Positions 14,243 through 26,754 of a stretch of 64,000 nucleotides of DNA are shown here, in pieces. A program made the translations under genes and the position numbers. The notes beneath the pieces were generated by a model. The model was not told the origin of the DNA and ran no database searches. It was given only the letters and a program-made list of their open reading frames with translations. The stretch lies in the NCBI GenBank assembly GCA_964016885.1, contig CAXHJY010000949.1, positions 62,001 to 126,000 on the forward strand. The letters run 5' to 3'. The first letter of the stretch is position 1; each line of letters starts with the position of its first letter. Source of the DNA: Eledone cirrhosa (lineage: Eukaryota).

Positions 14243-14308
14243 TATTTCGTTATATATATTTCAGGGATATCATATTAACAATATGTTATGCCTTCTTCAG
14301 ACAAAATA
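14243..14308 (-). ncRNA. Type I hammerhead ribozyme (minimal, palindromic stem III)
   Basis: tattttgt-CTGAAGA-agg...cct-GAAA-tatata-TA-acgaaata; 8-bp stem I with one G-U pair. Confidence 0.78.
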
Positions 14309-14442
14309 CAATATAAACAGTCTTATAAATAAATAGATACGACATACCTTTCAATCACCTTGCATTTGCCAAATCAACCTCCCAAATGCAAGGTGATTGA
14401 AAGGTATGTCGTATCTATTTATTTATAAGACTGTTTATATTG

Positions 14443-14508
14443 TATTTTGTCTGAAGACGGCATAACATATTGTTAATATGATATCCCTGAAATATATATA
14501 ACGAAATA
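14443..14508 (+). ncRNA. Type I hammerhead ribozyme, mirror copy
   Basis: As 14243-14308, but the first stem II base is c (cgg...cct). Confidence 0.7.
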
Positions 14509-14545
14509 AATATGGTTTTATAAATATAGTTTCCATTTATTTAAT

Positions 14546-14581
<36 letters not shown>

Positions 14582-14585
<4 letters not shown>

Positions 14586-14769
14586 AACGAGTAGGACCCC
14601 GACGGCTGAGCTCAAGCCGTTCTGGACTAAAATGTCCAGAATTAGCCATCGAAACGGCTTGAGCTCAGCCGTCGGGTCCTACTCATTCCTATTACCCACT
14701 CTACTACCCTAAGTATTGAGTACTTTGGTGCGTTATGGTCCATCTGGTTCCTTACCACATTTCCTTCGT

Positions 14770-14771
<2 letters not shown>
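14582..14771 (+). mobile_element. Palindrome + tail element, same family as 15996-16194
   Basis: Inverted repeat 14581-14692; shared tail cccactctactaccctaagtattgagtact.tggtgcgttatggtccatctggttcc. Confidence 0.75.
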
Positions 14772-14802
<31 letters not shown>

Positions 14803-14805
14803 ATA

Positions 14806-14870
<65 letters not shown>

Positions 14871-15013
14871 TTTCTGAATTTGTTTAGCAAGATTCTTTAT
14901 CTGAAAACGTTATATATATATAATAAACAACACAATATAATTAATCCATTACCCAAGGTTTCACGAAGTTAGACGATTTTTAGAATTGTCTAACTTTTTC
15001 TATGGATATACTT

Positions 15014-15069
<56 letters not shown>

Positions 15070-15957
15070 AAAATTATTTTAAAAAGTGTTTGAAAAGTGC
15101 ACCTGGTATATATATATATATAAAAATGATCTTTACAACATGCAAACAATTACTGTTAGCAAAGCCTGCCTTCTCCGTCTTGGATCATCAAAACATTTAT
15201 TAGATTAAATTGTTTTTTCCTTAAAATTCCTGTATACTGATTCTCAACCACATTGGTTTGGGTCGTTTCTGTGGTGGTTGTAGTGGTAGTGGTGGCGGTG
15301 GTGTGGTGGTGGTGGTGGTGGTGTAGTTCTGCAACACCAGACATATTTCGGAAAATTTGACAACTGGCTGAAAGAATTATATCTTATTGTTCATCATATT
15401 CAACTTTTTCCACTTTAGCATTGTTTTTGATAAATACACTTCATGTAAAGTTATAAAGTTACCACCGCCATCACCACCACCACTACTACTACTACTACAA
15501 TTAGTAAAATTCAGCTGAGTATGTCTATCTATGAGATGTCTGATGTGTGCTGTCTGGGAAACAATTTAAATGACTAGTTTGTGTTGGTATATCAGTGATG
15601 GAGAACTAGAGTAATAATATGGTAGTAAATAGACTACTATGAGATAGACTCATGCCACCACCACCAACAATAACAACAACAACACTGCCACCACTACCAC
15701 CAACACTGCCATCACCACCCCTACTAACGATACCACCGCCAACACTACCATACTCACTGCCATCACCAGCCCTACTAACGATACCACCACCAACACTGCC
15801 ATAACAATAACAAACAACAATAACACATACCCAACACCACCACCATCATTACTACCACCACCACCACCATACATATGATAGGTCTAGCTGTCTATTGGAG
15901 CCAGTGAGTGCCAGTTTAGCAATCTATATCAACTGTAGTGTTAGATAGATATGACAG

Positions 15958-15995
<38 letters not shown>

Positions 15996-16000
<5 letters not shown>

Positions 16001-16190
16001 AAAAAGTATGACCCCGACGGCAGGGCTCAAGCCGTTTCGACGGCTATTTCTGGACTCCAGAAATAGCCGTCGAAACGGCTTGAGCTCTGCCGTCGGGGTC
16101 ATACTTTTTCCTATTTCCCACTCTACTACCCTAAGTATTGAGTACTCTGGTGCGTTATGGTCCATCTGGTTCCTTGCCACAACTCCTTTG

Positions 16191-16194
<4 letters not shown>
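15996..16194 (+). mobile_element. 59-bp-arm palindrome + tail with 3' half of a hammerhead
   Basis: Palindrome 15996-16114 centred on 16055; GAAA-cggc...gccg-TC at 16072-16094. Confidence 0.75.
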
Positions 16195-16240
<46 letters not shown>

Positions 16241-16316
16241 CGAGAGAGAAAGAGAGAGAGATAACAGATAGATAGATATTACAGTTATATACATACATAT
16301 CATCATCATTATGAGC

Positions 16317-16363
<47 letters not shown>

Positions 16364-17414
16364 TAACAGATAGATAGAATCACATATAGACAGACAGACA
16401 GATAGATAGATAAACAGACAGACACACACACAGACAGACAGGCAGACAGATAGATATAAGTACTTACATTGTTTATTTATGATGAGAGTTCATCATAAAA
16501 TGACTTCTTCTTCCGTCACTGGCACTTATATTTTTACTTGACATCATCAAATTGATTGGGTCTGTTTCTGTTTTCTGGACTTAAAATTTCAGCAGATTAT
16601 GGCAGCGGGGTGGTGCAGAGCAGGGTGGGTGTTAAGCTGGTATGTTTGTTTGAAAGACTAGATTACATTGTAAATATAGAGGAGGAAGCATAGAAGAGAT
16701 AGTGGGGTGAAAGTTAAGATGAAGACGTAGAACAAGGAGGAGATGGTAGGAGGAAGAAGTTGAATAAGGCATAGAAGAAGGAAAATATGTAGGAGGAGGG
16801 GGAGGACAGTGACAACAATAACAACAGCAATATTAATATCTCCATTCATTAGAAAACGAATATATTTGCACGAGTTGACTTCTCAAGGAGACATCAGATG
16901 TAAATAAATGCCAAGTCAGAATTGAAATGGTAAAAATGACAGCTTTGTCTCATAAACTGTTGAAAACTGAGTAGAAATTGTGCAATTTAGGTTCTTGTTT
17001 GTTACTATTAGAATGGTATGGTTTGGACCTGTAACTCATGATGGAGTCATAGCGGCGCCATATTGATATACAGTGTTTCTTAGGGTATTTTTAAAATCTG
17101 GCAGAGCCCATCTCTTCTTCAGATTTCAATACAGTAGACTTCTTCCAGAGAAAGTTAGGGAGTGAGAGAGAGGAAGTGCAAAAGAGATATAGAGGAAGAA
17201 TTCACCCAGTACTAGCCTGGTATTTTTTTTATTGACCTTCAATGGATGAAAGGCAAACATAACCTTATCACGATTTGAACAAAGAGAGCAGAAAGCCAGA
17301 ACAAATACCTCAAAGCATTCTATCTGACATTCTACAGACTCTGCCAATTCACTGCCTTTACAATTAGAATATGAAATCTTAATACAGAGAATATAGCCAC
17401 ATAATTTAATTAAC

Positions 17415-17847
17415 CCTGTCATTACCATATTTCTTATGAAAGACACCGTCTATGATTTTTCAAAATAATTTTGAAAATAATCAAGAATTTTAATAAATTT
17501 CATAATATAACTAGCATTCTTGTTATTAATCTGGTGTTTGGAACTTAAAGATTCTTACATAAAATGATGGATGGATTTATCATCATCATTTTTATCTCCA
17601 TATTTCCATGCTTACATGGAATGGATGTGTTCTTTTCAGCACAGCATCTCTCCACACATCGCATTCCTTCATCATCTCCTCTGTGAGTTTCAGCAATTTG
17701 AGATCAGCTCTCACCACGTCCACCTAGATCATCCTTGGGCTACCTTTACTGCAGCTTCCTACCACTGGGATTTCCTGGCACTCTAAAATAAACAGTTCTA
17801 TATTATTGAACCATGGTTTTTTTTCAAATGGTTTGGTATCAAATGGG
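17415..17847. mobile_element. Old TTAA-flanked MITE-like element containing an RTE 3' fragment (~17580-17785, minus)
   Basis: ttaaccctgtcattacca...tggtatcaaatgggttaa ends; internal piece similar to 26760-26960. Confidence 0.5.
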
Positions 17848-19311
17848 TTAAGTTTGGAGATGGAAGACATAATGGATTTAAATTGAAATCCTTATTTGAC
17901 TGATACTTATAGTTGCTTACATACATTCCTGCACACTAGAGTGCACTGAGTGCATTTTCTTGTGACTCCAACACTATGGAAGTTGTCATATCTTTGACAC
18001 TGCTGAAGAGTCTTCCAAAACCTTTGCTTGGTAGGATTTCCTCAGCTAGATACACTTCCTATCACCAACCTCTTTATAGAGTATACTAGCTACAAATTAT
18101 TGTGGTACCAGCACTAGGGAATTCCTCTCAGCCCTTTGTTTGATAGGGTATTTTTACAGCTGGATGACATTCCTATCACCAACCTCTTCACAGAAAGTAC
18201 TGGATGTATTTTGTGTCTACATGGACACTAGAGAGGTTGCCATGCCCTTAACACAAATGCAGAATTTTCTCGAGTCCTTTTTGGCATGGTTTCTACAATT
18301 CAGTACCCTTCTTATCAACAACCACTCTACAGAGTGTGTTGGCTGTATATTTCATGGTACTAATGTTAAGGTGGTTGCCATATCTTTGACACTGAAGAAC
18401 CCGTTTGACCCTTTCTTTGATGCTTTATAGTATATTATATAAACCCTAGAGTTTGCCTGATATGTTATTTCACTGACTCTGCAAGGTTGAATGGCAAATT
18501 TGACCTGAAGAGGATATCTGACGTCAGAATGTAAAGGGCCATTGATAAACAGTGCAGACATTTTGTCTGACATAGCATTTCTGCCAATCCACCACCTGAA
18601 TCAGTGAGGATGGCATGGCAAGTACTTTTGAAAGTTCTCCATGTCAGTAGAAGCTTTCAGAATTTGGTAAGAATTTGGAAACATTACAATAGTTTTAGGT
18701 TTTTATTTTGTTTTGTTTTGTTTAGCTGTGGTGTGTTTTGTTTTTATTTTTCTCTCAGCATCATTTTAGCTGGCTTTCATTCTGTTTATAACTGTCCTCT
18801 AACTACTTTGTATTAATGCAACATTGCAAATTTACTAGACTTCAGGTCATGAGATCAAATTCTTTATTAGAACCAGTGAAAATATCAAATCAACATTAAT
18901 GATTCTCTCTCTATCTTCCTCTCTATCCCCCTCTTCCTCTCTCTTTCTTTCACACACACACACACACATGCACACATAGATATAAATATGCATGCACACA
19001 TGAATATAGACACACATGCACATGTCTATATAGATGCACACAGATGTAACACAAAGCTTATGCTTAAAGACACATAAAGTGTAGAGTTAGAATTATCAGG
19101 AGTTGTAGAGAGGGCAGAGTGCTAAACTAAATACTGTATAGTATATAGTAATATTTCTTCTATTCTCATTTCAAATATGGCCTAGATCGATAAACATAGA
19201 ATGAATACTGGTTACATTATTAAAATGAATGGACCAAACACATATCTTCCCCAGCATTTTTGGCCATGTATCTATATTTATATATCATCATCATCATTAT
19301 TATCATTATAG

Positions 19312-19588
19312 GTTTATGGCCCTTTCCATTCTGAGTTCAAATCCCGCCGAGGTCAACTTTGCCTTTCATCCTTACGGGGTCAATAAAATAAAGTACCAGT
19401 AATGTACTGGGTAATTGCTGGCCTTGTGCCAAAAGTAGAAACAATTATCATTATAGGTTAGCTTTGCCTTTCATCCTTACGAGGTCGATAAAATAAAGTA
19501 CCAGTAATACACTGGTGTCAATTTAATCAACTTTCCATTTCCCCCAAAATTGTTGGCATTGTGCCTAAAGTACAAATCATTATTATTT
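19312..19588 (+). mobile_element. Two adjacent 5'-truncated SINE family A copies
   Basis: B box gagttcaaatcccgccgagg and central domain in the first; central domain and tail in the second. Confidence 0.8.
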
Positions 19589-19912
19589 TTTTTTTATGTA
19601 CTGTTATTGGATTGCTGAGCACAGCTATATGTGCCTTGGGTGTGTGCTGTATATGGTGTTGTATGTGCTCTATATGGAGGCTGAATGCTGAGTAAATGCT
19701 GAAGTGCTAGGTGATGTAGTGGAAGGAAGCTGCAGTAGAGGAAGACAGAAAAATTTGAGCAAATATGGTAATAGCTGATGTCAAATTGCTGAACCTCACA
19801 AAGGAAATGTCAAAAGACTGCAGCAAATGGAGGGGAGGTTGTACTAGAATGAACTCCTCCAATTAATGCCAAGAATGAAAAGCTGATGTAAGATAATGGT
19901 TTCTGATTTAGA

Positions 19913-20045
19913 CACATGGTCAACAATTTTCGGGGAGGGGAGAGTCGATTAAATCGACCCCCAGTGCATTGCTGGTACTTTATTTTATTGACTCAGTAAT
20001 GATGAAAGGCAAAGATGACCTCAGCAGAATTTGAATTCAGAACAA
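19913..20045 (-). mobile_element. SINE family A partial copy
   Basis: gtcgattaaatcgacccccagtgcattgctggtacttt...gaatttgaattcag. Confidence 0.7.
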
Positions 20046-20764
20046 TAATGATTATTATGATTATCCTGATTATGATGATGATGATGTATGAATGTGTATG
20101 AATACTGCCTGAGTGCTGAATATAAGCATGGTCCATACAATATTTTTTTCCAAGCCTCTCAATCGACATAATTATTAAACCAGGCACCACTCCTTCCCTT
20201 CACAATTTAATATAAAAAAAATGATTTGCTCCATCAAAACTGAGAATGTCTGTGTTTTATAGCCTGATACCTCCCACTCAGTCTATCATGAGAAAAATCA
20301 ACTTAGAAATTGTCTATGTTAATATACAAACGCATTTTTTCTTTGCTATTACTTACATAATTTCTCATAATTTCTCATAATTATTCACTTAATTACATAT
20401 AATTTGGTAAAAATTTTACCCCCCCCCAAAAAAAAGCTGAAAGAAAATGCATTCCCTCATGCGCATCGTTTAGGAAATGTGCTATTGTAACCCTACCACA
20501 TTACTTCTACCCGTCCCACATTACTTCTACTCCTGCTAACTAGATGGGGTGGAGGATGGGAGTTAATCAATAATTAGACCCCTAACATCCTACACATAAA
20601 AGTAAAAACAAACACAACCAAAGTAGTCTTTCTAAAAGTGAGTTAATTATAGTTTGATTAATAGTTTAAACTTTAACCCTGTTACACTAAATCACCCACC
20701 CCGCCGCACCAAAAATTAAGCTACTATTAAGACTAAGTTATGATTGTTTCAAATTGACTTAGTT

Positions 20765-20769
<5 letters not shown>

Positions 20770-20860
<91 letters not shown>
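20770..20860. repeat. (CT)n microsatellite
   Basis: Direct inspection. Confidence 0.95.
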
Positions 20861-20862
<2 letters not shown>

Positions 20863-21639
20863 GCAATGTTCACTGATGAAAGAGAAATATAAATATATTT
20901 TAACAAATGCTCACAATATTTGACAGAAGCACAGAAACACAGAACATTATACATGTCAGTCCACAGACATTGTCACTCTCCCATCACTTCTGGCAGCTAT
21001 AAATAGACTGCTGCTTGCAAGCTAAGGAAGAAAAGTGGAGAACCTTTAAACAACAAAGCATGAACTTCAAGCCAGTTTTTTTCATTATTGTCTCCTGTCA
21101 AAGGGTTTTTAGACCCAAAATATTAGGACAGCTAAATAAAATAACAGGTGACACTCCAACATCTTTTTTGCCTTTAATTTATTCTAAAATCTACCTTTCA
21201 TTTTGCATTGTCATAGCCTTCAAATAACGTATCACTTTATACACTAACACAATACTTCAAGCAAACTACAACACTTTATAAATAAATGGTATATATCTGT
21301 AACTCCTGAAAGAGTTGTAAGAGCACCGTATTGACACACAGCATTTCTAGGGCATATTTAAAACCTGGCAGAGCCCATCTTCTATCCAAGCCTGGGTATA
21401 ACATATTTCTTCCATAGAAGGATAGAGAGGAATTGAGACAGAAATATAGAGGAAGAATTGACCTCACTACATGACTGGTACATTTTAATGCAGAAATAAA
21501 AAGTAAAATACATAAGAATACATAGAAATAAATATATATTAACTCTTAATGTCCTGTACTACATGAAACTGCATTAGCTAAAAAATCTTAAAAAGAACAA
21601 AACAACACTATAACTGTATCCTATTAAAAATTAAAGTTA

Positions 21640-22085
21640 TTATCAATGAAAATTGTTTCAACAATTTGTCCACTAATTATGATTTTATAAACATTTGAAT
21701 TAACCATATGAAACCTCATTAATGAGACATTCTTGAAAGGTACAAAGAAGAACAATGACTGTATCACATTAATAATTAAAGTTATCAATATTACAAATTT
21801 TCCTAACAATCTGTCCACTAATAATATAAACATTTGAATTAACATATTATATGAAACCTCATTAACAAGACATTCTTGAAATGTACGATGATTAAAGTTG
21901 TTAATATTACAAATTTTCATAAGAATCTGTCCAATAGTCCATTAATATTAAACATTTGAATTAATAAACCACATAAAACCACATTAGTGAGACATTCTTG
22001 AAAAAAAACAGAAAACAGTAACACAACTGCATCACACAAGAAATTAAAGTCTTTATGTTAATAGTTCAAATTTCCAGTCATCTGT
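21640..22085. repeat. Degenerate ~120-150 bp tandem triplication
   Basis: tgtccac/at..aaacatttgaattaa..aaacc.catta..gagacattcttgaaa recurs three times. Confidence 0.7.
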
Positions 22086-22883
22086 CTCTCTAGTAAAGAT
22101 ACTATATACATTGGAATTAACAAATATGATTGGGTTGTGTGTTGTGTTCTTGTGCAAAACACTTCATTTCACATTTCTCCAGTATACTCAACTGAAAATA
22201 AATACCAGATGCAACCTTAGTATTACATTGACTACTCATGACTTTGGAATACTCAGCCACTCAAACCTTAATTTTATGAGTTGGAATACAGGGGATTGAA
22301 CAACTGAATGACCATCATCAAAACTAATGAAAAATCCACCACCACCACCTCCACAAACACCACCACCACCATTATCATCATCAGCACCACTGTTCACACC
22401 ACCACAGCCACTGCTTCCACTATCCCCACCCCCACCCTACCACCACCACATCTCACCCCACTCTCATCACTGATGGAGGAGGTGGGGATAGAGGTTGAGA
22501 TGGTGTGGTAATGGTTATAATGGTTGTGATAGGGTTTGAAATGGTGATGGCACTGGTGGTGATGGAAGAGGTTGAGGTGGTGATGGAGGTTGAGGTGGTG
22601 GTGATGATTTTGGTGATAGTGGTTGAGGAGGTGGTGGTGATGATAGTGGTTGATTCGGTGGTAGAGGTCATGATAGTGGTGGTAATGGTTGAGGTGGTGA
22701 TGGAGGTGGTGGTAGAGATGGTAGAGTATATAGTGGTAATGGTGGTGGTAGAGATTGAAGAGATGGTGGTCTGTGGTGTGTGGGGTGTGCCTTCTCTGTG
22801 AATGGAATGTAATAAATGGTAATCTTGAATCATTAGTGAAATTGTTCTAATTAACAAAAAACTCATCATATAAATACAACACT

Positions 22884-24430
22884 ATGACGACGACCAGCAC
22901 CGTCAGCAGCAACAGCAGCAATAACAGCAGCAGCTGCAACAACATCAATACCAACAACAATACCACCACCACCCTCAACAATAACATCAACAACAATACC
23001 AACACCACCACCACCAACAACAATACCAACACCACCATCAACATCACCATCAACAACAACACCACCACCAACAACAATACCAACATCAACAACAACACCG
23101 CCACCAATACCAACACCACCATCAACATCACCACCACAACCACCAACAACAATACCAACACCACCATCAACACCACCATCAACACCACCACCACCAACAA
23201 CAATACCAACACCACCATCAACACCACCACCACCAACAACAATACCAACACCACCATCAACAATACCATCACCGCCATCAACACCACCACCACCAACAAC
23301 AATACCAACACCACCATCAACACCACCACCACCAACACCACCATCAACACCATCAACACCACCACCACCAACAACAATACCAACACCAACATCACCACCA
23401 CAACCACCAACAACAATACCAACACCACCATCAACACCACCATCAACACCACCACCACCAACAACAATACCAACACCACCATCAACACCACCACCACCAA
23501 CACCACCATCAACACCACCATCAACACCACCACCACCAACAACAATACCAACACCACCATCAACACCACCACCACCACCAACAACAATACCAACACCATC
23601 AACACCACCACCACCAACAACAATACCAACAACACCACCACCACCAACAACAATAGCAACAACACCATCAACACCACCACCACCACCAACAACAATACCA
23701 ACACCATCAACACCACCACCACCAACAACAATACCAACAACACCACCACCACCAACAACAATACCAACACCACCATCAACACCACCACCACCACCAACAA
23801 CAATACCAACACCATCAACACCACCACCACCAACAACAATACCAACAACACCACCACCACCAACAACAATACCAACAACACCATCAACACCACCACCACC
23901 AACAACAATACCAACAACACCATCAACACTACCACCACCAACAACAATACCAACAACACCATCAACACCACCACCACCAACAACAATACCAACAACACCA
24001 TCAACACCACCACCACCAACAACAATACCATCAACACCATCAACACCACCATGAACACCACCACCACCAACAACAATACCAACACCACCATCAACAACAC
24101 CACCACCACCAACAACAATACCAACACCACCATCAACACCACCACCAACACCAACACCACCAACAACAATACCAACACCACCATCAACACCACCACCACC
24201 AACAACAATACCAACACCACCATCAACACCATCAACACCACCACCATCAACAACAATACCAACACCACCATCAACGCCATCAACACCACCACCATCAACA
24301 ACAATACCAACACCACCAACAACAACAATACCAACACCACAACCACCAACAACAATACCAACACCACCATCAACACCATCAACACCACCACCATCAACAA
24401 CAATACCAACAACACCATCAACACCACTAT
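22884..24430. repeat. Low-complexity (CAC/CAA)n array
   Basis: Direct inspection; source of the N/T-rich and V/L-rich ORFs. Confidence 0.93.
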
Positions 24431-24458
24431 ATAGAAAAGGATGGCCATAATGAAAAAT

Positions 24459-24648
24459 ATAATTGTTTCTACTTTTGGCACAAGGCCAGCCAAACCCAGT
24501 ACATTACTGGTACTTTATTTTATTGACCTCGTAAGGATGAAAGGCAAAGTCAACCTCGGCGGGATTTGAACTCAGATCGTAAAGGGATGTAATTATGCTG
24601 GAAAGCATGGCGTCCGACCCTCTACCGATAGCGCCAATCCACCAGCCT
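24459..24648 (-). mobile_element. SINE family A full-length copy
   Basis: Matches 4631-4822. Confidence 0.85.
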
Positions 24649-25489
24649 TTGAACTCAAATATAATGAAGCATAGATAGGATGTCTGTCATTTCTTTGACT
24701 CAACTGAAGGGTCCTCCCAACACTTTCTTTGGCAAGATTTCTATGGCTGGATGCTTTTCCTAACACCAACCACTTTACAGCATGTACTGGGTATGTTTAT
24801 TGTGTAGGTTGCCAACACTAGGAAGGCTTTCATGTCTTTGAAACAACTAATTATTTAGTAAGCTTTCTGCAGCTGGATACCCTTCCTATTACCAACACTA
24901 GGAAGGCTATGTCTTTAACACAACTGAAAGGTCCTTCCAACCCTTTATTTGGCAAGTTTACTGATATAATTATCTTACATAAGATCAACTCTATGAGATT
25001 TTGATATTATTTATTTTGAGAAAAATACCTTAACGTCAGCATGAGCAGCCAGTTATGGTTGGTTTGAACAAAAGAAGTGAGAGAATTCTGGCCAGCTATG
25101 GCCAGGTTAAATACAAAAGAGTATCAATTTGTCTTTATACTGTACCAAGATACTTTTTGTTCCTTAAGTTTCATGTCAACCATTTATACAGTACATTTTA
25201 TATACTAACTTTCCAGACTACAATTGTTGTAGTAGATATACAAATGTCTGCTTATGAAAATCTTGAATGTAATGTAATGAAAATAACTTTGTGGGGAAAG
25301 GTTAATATACACACTTAGTTCCGTATAAGTAAGACATGGTCACCTGACCTGGCATTGCCCACAACAGGACAACCGGTCTAACCCATGCAAGTGTGGAACA
25401 ATTGACATACAATGATGATGATGATGATGGCTCACACACGTGTGTGTGTGCATATCAGCTGGATGCTCTTCCTAACACCGACATTTACA

Positions 25490-25563
<74 letters not shown>

Positions 25564-25876
25564 GCATGTGTGTGTATAAATTGACTCTAATGATTTTGAG
25601 AACTTATTTTCGGTGATGGTGTGATGATGCTGGTTATTGCTTTGCTTTTTATTTTTAGTTATCTTTTTTCATCTATTATTTTCAACCCCACTACCCCCTC
25701 CTCTGTCATCCTCATTATCATCATCATCATTATCATTATTATTATTACCACTGTATTTTGGAGGGTTTTCATAAGAAACCTGATAATTTTTGGTCAATTC
25801 CAATGAATGCTAGATAATTACGCCTAGCGAAGTAGAAGCTGACACTACTTCCATATTGCGATAATAGTATTACTGC

Positions 25877-25924
<48 letters not shown>

Positions 25925-26754
25925 GTCTGTCTACCTGTCTGTCGCTCTCTCTCTATCTCATTCATTATCTTGCTATAGAAAATTCCTCAGTTTTAACGCA
26001 GCAATCCAAAGTTTCCGAAAATAAGATAGTATAATGGAAGAAATTAACACAGAAAACAAGCCTTAATGTATATACTGCAAACCCGTCCACCCCACCACCA
26101 TTATCTACAACCACTTCCGCCACCATCTGCACCACCACACTCTACAACTACCATCATTTGCAACCTTCCTTCACACTATCATCTACAACCACCATCTACA
26201 AACCTAACTACCAGCATCCTCAACAAGCTCCTCTCCCTCACCACCAGCTACAACTCTTACCTCCACCATCATCTACAAACTTCACCACCATCACCATTGG
26301 CACCACCATCCAGAATGGAAAAGTATCAGAAAAGAATGAATGAAAATTGAAGGAAATAAAAAAATACTTTTTTATTTGTTATTTTTTTTTGTATTAATCT
26401 AAGAATGAAGTGAGTACTATTTTGGTTAGTGCTGTGGAGGGGGGATTGGTTTATATTTTTGGCAAAGCATTGGAAGTTTTAGTTTCTTTTTTAATCTTCC
26501 ATGGTGTACCATTCTTGAGATGTAATATGGATGGCTAATTATATATATATAAATATATATATAGATAGATAGACAGATAAAATATCTTTTATTATGGCCA
26601 AGCAATGAGTTTTGTTATTCTGGAGTTTCACCTGTATATCAAAAGATCATCAGACTCGTCTGATGGTCTTTTGAGTGTACATGTGAAACTCCAGAGTAAT
26701 ATGACTCCTCTGTCATCCACAATAAAGAATATTATTAACTTCTACTTCAATATC

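Larger units (their letters stand above)
14113..14551. mobile_element. Tail + 169-bp-arm palindrome carrying type I hammerhead on each strand
   Basis: Arms 14200-14368 and 14383-14551, 1 mismatch seen; embedded in (TA)n. Confidence 0.8.

Noticed and set aside
16461-16620. Minus-strand coding exon ending at a gtaagta donor
   Set aside because: Stops in all three frames shortly before the donor.
22847-24493. 516-548 aa N/T-rich and V/L-rich ORFs
   Set aside because: Simple (CAC/CAA)n read-through.
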